Part shown: positions 59,261 to 64,000 of the stretch, piece after piece
Position numbering within the stretch: the stretch's first letter is position 1
Layout: each line of letters opens with the position of its first letter
NCBI GenBank assembly: GCA_963664875.1
Contig: OY761611.1
Location: forward strand, 3,552,001 to 3,616,000
Length of the DNA: 64,000 bases
Direction of reading: 5' to 3'
Origin: Candidatus Kapaibacterium sp.
GTDB lineage: Bacteria > Bacteroidota > Ignavibacteria > Kapaibacteriales > UBA2268
The notes under the pieces: model-generated
The model's database searches: none
Told to the model about the DNA's origin: nothing
Seen by the model: the letters and a program-made list of their open reading frames with translations, nothing else
Position numbers and translations under genes: made by a program

Positions 59261-60514
59261 ATGGCTGAATCAGTATTAGATAAGTTTCTAAGATATGTAA
59301 AGATTGATACCCAATCGCAGGAAGGAACAGGAACTACACCAAGCACAAAAAAACAATTTGATCTCGCTAATTTGCTTTTGAAAGAGCTTAAAGATATGGG
59401 CGTTACGGATGTTGAATTAGATGAGCATTGTTACCTTTATGCTACAATTCCGTCAAACATTCCGGCTGACCACCCTAAATATGGCAAAGTGCCGGCAGTT
59501 GGCTTTATTGCTCACGTAGATACTTCTCCTGATGTCAGCGGCAAAGACGTTAAACCTCAGGTTATTGAAAACTATCAGGGCGGAGACATTGTTCTTCCTG
59601 CTGATAACAGCGTTGTGATTAAAGACAGTGAAAATCCAACTTTGAAAGATTGTATCGGACACACTCTTGTTACTACAGACGGTACTACTCTTCTTGGTTC
59701 TGATGATAAATCCGGAGTTGCTGCTATTATGGTAATGGCTGAAACATTGATGGAAAACAAAGATATGCTTCATGGCGATGTGAAAATTGCATTTACGCCG
59801 GACGAAGAAATCGGTCAAGGCACAATCAAATTCAGATTGGAAAAATTTGACTGTAAATATGCTTATACTATCGATGGGGGCTCTTTGGGCGAATTGAACA
59901 AAGAAACTTTCAGTGCTAACTCTTGCATAGTGCGCACAAAAGGTAGAGATATTCACCCTGGTTTTGCTAAAGACAGAATGGTCAATTCTATCAGAGCAAT
60001 GGCTGCTATAATTGAAAAAATGCCTAAAGATATGGCTCCTGAAACTACAGACGGACATCAGCCATACATCCATCCATATACTGTTTCAGGTTCAGTTTTT
60101 GAATCTGAATTGAAAATCTTGTTCAGAGATTTCAAAACAGCCGGTCTTGATGATCAGAAAAAAATGATGGAAAATATCATAGAAGAAGTTAAAAAAGACT
60201 TCCCAACTACAGAATTTGAATTAGAAATTATCGAAATGTACCGCAATATGCTCGAAAAATTGGAAGAGCAACCTGAAGGTTTGGAATTCTTATGGCAAGC
60301 TGCTGAAGAAGCAGGCGCTAAACCATATTGGGAACCAATCCGCGGCGGTACTGATGGTTCTCGTTTGACTGAAATGGGTCTGCCTACTCCAAATATCTTT
60401 ACAGGTGGTCATAACTTCCACTCACGTACAGAATGGGTTTCTATCGACTCTTTAGAGTACACAGGCAAAACTGTGATGAATCTAATCAGAATTTGGATGG
60501 AAAACAGCAAATAG
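59261..60514 (+). CDS. pepT: Peptidase T (M20B tripeptidase)
   Basis: FLRYVKIDTQS, AHVDT, LLGSDDKSG, TPDEEIG, IRGGTDG, NFHS. Confidence 0.96.
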   Translation: MAESVLDKFLRYVKIDTQSQEGTGTTPSTKKQFDLANLLLKELKDMGVTDVELDEHCYLYATIPSNIPADHPKYGKVPAVGFIAHVDTSPDVSGKDVKPQVIENYQGGDIVLPADNSVVIKDSENPTLKDCIGHTLVTTDGTTLLGSDDKSGVAAIMVMAETLMENKDMLHGDVKIAFTPDEEIGQGTIKFRLEKFDCKYAYTIDGGSLGELNKETFSANSCIVRTKGRDIHPGFAKDRMVNSIRAMAAIIEKMPKDMAPETTDGHQPYIHPYTVSGSVFESELKILFRDFKTAGLDDQKKMMENIIEEVKKDFPTTEFELEIIEMYRNMLEKLEEQPEGLEFLWQAAEEAGAKPYWEPIRGGTDGSRLTEMGLPTPNIFTGGHNFHSRTEWVSIDSLEYTGKTVMNLIRIWMENSK

Positions 60515-60539
60515 AAATTTGCGTCCTCTTATTTAATGG

Positions 60540-60576
60540 AAAGGGTATCTTGCTTTCAACGCAGGATACCCTTTTT
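60540..60576 (+). terminator. Intrinsic terminator
   Basis: AAAGGGTATCTTGC/GCAGGATACCCTTT stem followed by a T-run. Confidence 0.8.
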
Positions 60577-60717
60577 GCAATAAAATCTGTGAAAAAGACT
60601 TGCAATTAATTATTGAAGACGAGGGGAATTGCAGTCTATATAGAAGAGCAATCTGCTATCTTTAAAAAATTATCAATGATAGAGGTGCTTACCATTGACC
60701 AATATCATCTATTATCC

Positions 60718-62007
60718 TCAAATAAGTTTAGCATATACTTTGCTGCCAAGCTTATGTGTCAAATTGACTCTGCAAAAATCTTTTGGCATGGATGCATTGC
60801 CGGGGAAAGACACTCTTACGTAGTTTTCTGTCCATCCGCTCCACATACCTGTGCTCTCATTGAAAGATTCAGGTAAAACAGTTTTATCTTTGCCGATTTG
60901 AGATTCGTAAAATGCTTCCAATTTTTGTTCGCTTAACTCTCTGAGTATATTTGTCCTCTCTTTACGGATATTCATTGGTACAACGCCCTCGTAAGAGGCT
61001 GCAGGAGTGTTGTCTCGTTCAGAATATGTAAATACATGAAGATATGATATAGGCAAAGATTGAAGCAAATCATACGTTTCAGAAAAATGCCTGTCTGTTT
61101 CTCCCGGGAAACCTACAATCACATCATTACCTATGCAAACATCGGGTATGTTAGCGGCGACGTTATCGATTACTTCTTTGAAAAAATCGATACTATATCT
61201 TCTTTTCATTAATTTTAGTATTTCAGCAGAGCCGCTTTGCAATGGTATATGCAAATGAGGGCAGAAGTTTTTTGATTCTTTGAGCAGATTTATCAATGCT
61301 TTTTTTGCCTTGTTAGGTTCCAAAGAAGATATTCTTACCCGCAAACCCAAATCAAAAGAATCAATGAGTCTAATCAAATCTTCAAAGTTTTCACCTGTAT
61401 CTGCTTTGTATTCAGCAAGATTGATTCCCGAAACAATTACTTCCTTAGCTCCTGATTCGGCAATTTGCGAAAATTCCGATTTGATGCGTGCAAATGGCAT
61501 AGATCTGCTTTTGCCTCTTGCCATTGGTATAGTGCAGTATGTGCATCTGTAATCGCAGCCGTCTTGGAGTTTCATAAACACACGGGTTCTGTCCCGGTTT
61601 TCAAGGCTTGATGAAGCAGTAAAAGCAAGGTCTGTCATGTCCGAAGTATAAACGCAGGCATCAGCTTCCTTTTGGTATGACTCAATTATATCCGGAATAT
61701 CGAACTTTTCTTTAGTGCCAAAGACACCATTTACACCTTCGATAGCTGCAATTTCCTGTGGCTTGAGCTGGGCGTAACATCCCATAACCCCAATATATGC
61801 TTCGGGCAGTAGTCGCCTTGTTTTGCGGATTATTTTTCGTGCGTCATTGTCTGCATTATTAGTAACTGTGCATGTATTGATAAAGACGGCATCTGCGGCT
61901 TCTCCGTAGGGAACAGTAACGTGCCCTCTGGCTTCAAAAATTTCCTGCAACTTGGACATATCAGCGAAATTGACTTTGCAACCGATATTATAATAAGAGA
62001 TTTTCAT
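60718..62007 (-). CDS. mtaB: tRNA t6A37 methylthiotransferase (radical SAM)
   Basis: GCKVN, NTCTVT, GCYAQ, QDGCDYRCTYC, C-terminal GWTENY. Confidence 0.93.
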   Translation of the reverse strand: MKISYYNIGCKVNFADMSKLQEIFEARGHVTVPYGEAADAVFINTCTVTNNADNDARKIIRKTRRLLPEAYIGVMGCYAQLKPQEIAAIEGVNGVFGTKEKFDIPDIIESYQKEADACVYTSDMTDLAFTASSSLENRDRTRVFMKLQDGCDYRCTYCTIPMARGKSRSMPFARIKSEFSQIAESGAKEVIVSGINLAEYKADTGENFEDLIRLIDSFDLGLRVRISSLEPNKAKKALINLLKESKNFCPHLHIPLQSGSAEILKLMKRRYSIDFFKEVIDNVAANIPDVCIGNDVIVGFPGETDRHFSETYDLLQSLPISYLHVFTYSERDNTPAASYEGVVPMNIRKERTNILRELSEQKLEAFYESQIGKDKTVLPESFNESTGMWSGWTENYVRVSFPGNASMPKDFCRVNLTHKLGSKVYAKLI

Positions 62008-62339
62008 ATATATAAGGTCTGTCAAATTACTTAGTAAAACGATAAGTGCATAATTTGCAAATGTATTAGATACAAATATACCTGCTTTTATTGCAGTAAA
62101 AAATTATATGAAGCCATTTTAAGCAGAGTGTCTTTATTTGAGCCACATTGAAACCTTTCATAGCAAAATCTATGGAGCGTATCAGAGTTGCTGAGATATT
62201 GTTTATATACTTCATTGGCAAATACGATTAGCTTGTAATCCGCATACAAATTGATTTGCTTTGTTATTATTATCCACTCTTTGAAATACTAAATAAATAT
62301 GCTATATTGTTCTCTTTTTTCTATTCTATGGTACTGTAA

Positions 62340-63404
62340 ATGACTGACTATTTGAATATAGATAAGAGCAATATGCACTCAGTTTTAAGTGCATTTCCTA
62401 ATCAGTTGGAAGAAGCTATCAATATTGCCGAAAATTTTGACTTGGGATTCGATTTGTCTGATATCAGAGACATAGTTGTGCTTGGCATGGGCGGTTCTGC
62501 AATAGGAGGGGACATCATCCGCTCGTATTGCGAAGCAACTCCCGGAGCAAACCATCTAAGAATTAAAATCAATCGCAACTACACTATACCTAAGTACATT
62601 GATGAAAACACTCTTGTAATTTGCAGCTCTTACTCAGGAAACACTGAGGAAACTATTTCCGGTTTTTTAGCTGCTTTAGAAAAAACAAAAAAAGTCTTTT
62701 GTATAAGCACAGGCGGAAAACTTTCAGAGCTTGCCTCCGAAAAAAACATACCTGTCATAACAATTCCGGGCGGGTTGCAGCCTCGATGTGCTATAGTGTA
62801 TTCTGTTTTTCCTGTATTACTTACTTTGGTTCGCAATGGTGCTTTTAGTGAGGAAGCTGTGGAAGTTACACTCGCTGCGATAAACGAACTTGGCGAAAAA
62901 AGCGAAAAGCTTGTGAAGGAATATGGCTCATTAGAAGAAAATAACCCGACTATCCAAATAGCAAAACAGCTGCTAAATAAAATAACTATAGTATATTCTG
63001 CATCTGAGTTGCTGGATACAATCAATTTGAGATGGAGAGGTCAGATACAGGAAAATGCAAAAGCTCTTGCTTTTGGTAATGTTTTGCCTGAAATGAACCA
63101 CAATGAAATAAACGGATGGCAAAATCCCGATGATATTTTGAAAAAATTTGTATTAGTATTCTTACAGGATCCAGCCGACGATAATCGCCTGCAGCCAAGA
63201 TATGCTGCTATGGAGAAGCTGCTTGGCGATAAAGTAAACACAATAATAAAAATTGAAAGAAAAGAGCAATATGCACTTGCACGAATGTTTACTTTATTGT
63301 ATTTTGGCGACTGGGTCAGCTATCATTTGGCTTTACTTTATGGTGAAGACCCAACCCCAATACCGCTTATTACGCGAATGAAAGACCTTATGTCATTTGC
63401 GTGA
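62340..63404 (+). CDS. Bifunctional phosphoglucose/phosphomannose isomerase
   Basis: GMGGSAIGG, SYSGNTEET, QPR, ENAK, PEMNHNE. Confidence 0.94.
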   Translation: MTDYLNIDKSNMHSVLSAFPNQLEEAINIAENFDLGFDLSDIRDIVVLGMGGSAIGGDIIRSYCEATPGANHLRIKINRNYTIPKYIDENTLVICSSYSGNTEETISGFLAALEKTKKVFCISTGGKLSELASEKNIPVITIPGGLQPRCAIVYSVFPVLLTLVRNGAFSEEAVEVTLAAINELGEKSEKLVKEYGSLEENNPTIQIAKQLLNKITIVYSASELLDTINLRWRGQIQENAKALAFGNVLPEMNHNEINGWQNPDDILKKFVLVFLQDPADDNRLQPRYAAMEKLLGDKVNTIIKIERKEQYALARMFTLLYFGDWVSYHLALLYGEDPTPIPLITRMKDLMSFA

Positions 63405-63426
63405 TTCGTTGTTTTTTATTGCTTTG

Positions 63427-63457
63427 TTGGATATTATAAATATTTTTAGTATCTTTG
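63427..63457 (+). promoter_or_regulatory. TTG...TATCTTTG housekeeping promoter
   Basis: TTG, 20-nt spacer, TAnnTTTG upstream of the hypothetical gene and rpsU. Confidence 0.55.
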
Positions 63458-63506
63458 TAGTCCATAGTTTGTTCTTAACGAAATTAACTAAAAAAAGAGA
63501 AGAAGT

Positions 63507-63911
63507 ATGGCCGTTCGTAAAAGATCCAGAAGAGCTAAATATATTACGCTCTATTCGCCTTTCCTTATGAAAGAAACAAAGCATGAGTTGATTGGGGAAC
63601 CGATAGAAACTGACAAAGGAAGGCATCAATGGGCCAGATGTACTCGTAGCCGTCACTCACAGCTTGTGAACTTAGACGCTATCGAAGCTGAAACAGATAA
63701 GTCTAAAGCTGTAGTGCACATTTCCAGAGAAGATGCCCGCAAATACTCTCCAATGGAAGAGTATGAAATTGGGGATGTTATCTTCCATAAAGTATGGGAT
63801 GATGTTGGCATCGTAAGAGCTAAAGAAGTTACTTCAAACGGAGGAAGGTCTATCCTCGTTCAGTTTGAGAAAAACAGCGAAAAGAGACTAATTGAAAATT
63901 TATCAAAATAA
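63507..63911 (+). CDS. Conserved hypothetical protein with C-terminal Tudor-like (UvrD/PcrA-CTD-like) domain
   Basis: YEIGDVIFHKVWDDVGIV..ILVQFE..KRLIEN. Confidence 0.6.
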   Translation: MAVRKRSRRAKYITLYSPFLMKETKHELIGEPIETDKGRHQWARCTRSRHSQLVNLDAIEAETDKSKAVVHISREDARKYSPMEEYEIGDVIFHKVWDDVGIVRAKEVTSNGGRSILVQFEKNSEKRLIENLSK

Positions 63912-63941
63912 AAATCTTCAGACAAAGTGAGGTGAGAAAAC

Positions 63942-64000
63942 GTGATTGGCGTTACCATTCAGGCTAATGAAAGTATTGACCGTGCACTAAAACGCTTTAA
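63942..64000 (+). CDS. rpsU: 30S ribosomal protein bS21 (5' part, cut by window edge)
   Basis: GTG start after GAGGTGA; translates MIGVTIQANESIDRALKRF. Confidence 0.9.
   Translation, partial: MIGVTIQANESIDRALKRF

Noticed and set aside
62040-62330. Intergenic region between mtaB and PGI/PMI with a ~55-codon open frame on the minus strand
   Set aside because: No good start/SD, no recognisable motif, no convincing RNA structure.
1-64000. CRISPR array, rRNA, prophage, retron/DGR or toxin-antitoxin loci
   Set aside because: No regularly spaced repeats, cas genes, reverse transcriptase, rRNA-like sequence or phage structural genes were seen.

Overview
AT-rich chromosomal segment of an FCB-group bacterium, most likely Ignavibacteria or Candidatus Kapabacteria. 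This is inferred from T9SS C-terminal-domain cargo, an IgGFc-binding-N/choice-of-anchor surface protein, TAnnTTTG promoters, a moxR-DUF58-batA cluster and a bifunctional PGI/PMI. Most of the window is housekeeping and envelope genes (rsmA, lepA-lepB, mrp-nifU, lolA, mtaB, pepT, start of rpsU, tRNA-Val/tRNA-Leu) plus two signalling clusters. Most notable: (1) a tandem UmuD-like pair with complementary defects, one keeping the Ala-Gly cleavage site but lacking the catalytic Ser and the other keeping the Ser/Lys dyad but lacking the cleavage site, with no umuC nearby, suggesting a natural enzyme/substrate split; (2) an IS200-like HUH nuclease gene bracketed by inverted three-hairpin modules and 48-bp direct repeats, whose hairpins recur in a ~400-bp mosaic repeat present twice 50 kb apart and inside the bat cluster; (3) a hydrolase-dead long RSH with an altered G-loop; (4) a small protein with a flagellin-like C-terminal tail behind a sigma54-like promoter; (5) a candidate ECF regulon. 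All family calls come from motif recognition by eye; no database searches were run.
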